A stretch of 64,000 nucleotides of DNA. It comes from an uncultured Actinomycetes bacterium. GTDB taxonomy: Bacteria > Actinomycetota > Thermoleophilia > RBG-16-64-13. The DNA is taken from the NCBI GenBank assembly GCA_947085635.1, contig CAMTXC010000010.1, positions 18,151 to 82,150 on the forward strand. Reading direction: 5' to 3'. The notes below the pieces were generated by a model. The model was not told the DNA's origin. It was given only the letters and a program-made list of their open reading frames with translations, and searched no databases. Shown piece after piece: positions 63,721-64,000 of the stretch. A program made the position numbers and the translations under genes. How positions within the stretch are numbered: position 1 is the first letter of the stretch; every line of letters starts with the position of its first letter.

Positions 63721-64000
63721 CTATTCCACCAGCACCAGCCCCGTCCAGCGTACAGGTTCGTCCGAGGAGAGCTTGATGGGCAGGCCGGCGTTCGCGGCCG
63801 TCTTGAACACGTCGATGCCCACCGCTTCCATGGAAGGACGCGCCTCCAGCGGCCGCCGGCAGGGGTCGCCGCCCCCCACGCCCACGCAATCCGGACAGAG
63901 GATGCAGATACCTCCGGTGAACCCGGCGGCGTAGTAGTAGCCAGCCTTGAACGCTTGGGCCTCGAGCTTGGTCACCAGCGTGCCCAAAGCGCGGTTCTCA
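63721..64000 (-). CDS. hypothetical protein, C-terminal part only (gene continues past window end); CxxCPDC metal-binding-like motif
   Basis: Stop at 63721; ...GICILCPDCVGVGGGDPC...; 5' end beyond window. Confidence 0.4.
   Translation of the reverse strand, partial: ENRALGTLVTKLEAQAFKAGYYYAAGFTGGICILCPDCVGVGGGDPCRRPLEARPSMEAVGIDVFKTAANAGLPIKLSSDEPVRWTGLVLVE

Overview
The window is a high-GC (about 66-68%) bacterial chromosomal segment, densely coding on both strands. No rRNA, tRNA, CRISPR array or mobile element is seen. The provided ORF track reports GTG/TTG starts as M, and it contains many long Arg/Pro-rich antisense ORFs typical of high-GC DNA. I rejected those in favour of the frame with recognisable protein families, and several starts were moved to internal ATG/GTG codons with good Shine-Dalgarno sequences. 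The content is a metabolic island dominated by cyclic-amide, carbamoyl and N-heterocycle catabolic functions, interleaved with central-metabolism genes.

(1) Positions 3495-11971 on the minus strand hold an 8-gene operon: biotin carboxylase, KipI/PxpB, KipA/PxpC, LamB/PxpA, a small BCCP, a 4-OT tautomerase, hydantoinase B and hydantoinase A. It combines all three known ATP-dependent lactam-opening or carboxylating machineries in one transcription unit.

(2) A PucR-type regulator sits divergent from a 4Fe-4S protein plus a tungsten-type aldehyde:ferredoxin oxidoreductase.

(3) A 5-gene Pot-like ABC importer is followed by two tandem dihydropyrimidinase/hydantoinase paralogs, an L-asparaginase-family protein and an isochorismatase-family amidase.

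(4) A 10-gene plus-strand operon spans 28720-40462. It encodes a SucCD-like ADP-forming CoA ligase, a mini-ferredoxin, a CitE-like acyl-CoA lyase, MmgE/PrpD, a soluble SdhA paralog, an FrhB-like Fe-S flavoprotein, a D-aminoacylase-family amidohydrolase, an OYE-FAD-[4Fe-4S] reductase and a cupin. This looks like an undescribed CoA-dependent dicarboxylate pathway.

(5) A minus-strand cluster encodes malic enzyme, two-subunit class I fumarase, sdhCDAB and a C-N hydrolase.

(6) The remainder includes trpS, an orphan mini histidine kinase, PDH/acetoin-type E1 alpha/beta, a mazEF-like toxin-antitoxin pair, an omega-transaminase plus mmsA divergent from a second PucR regulator, and a small group of uncharacterised proteins.

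A 49-bp bipartite sequence element is conserved in two copies, upstream of the biotin-carboxylase operon and of the ABC-transporter operon.
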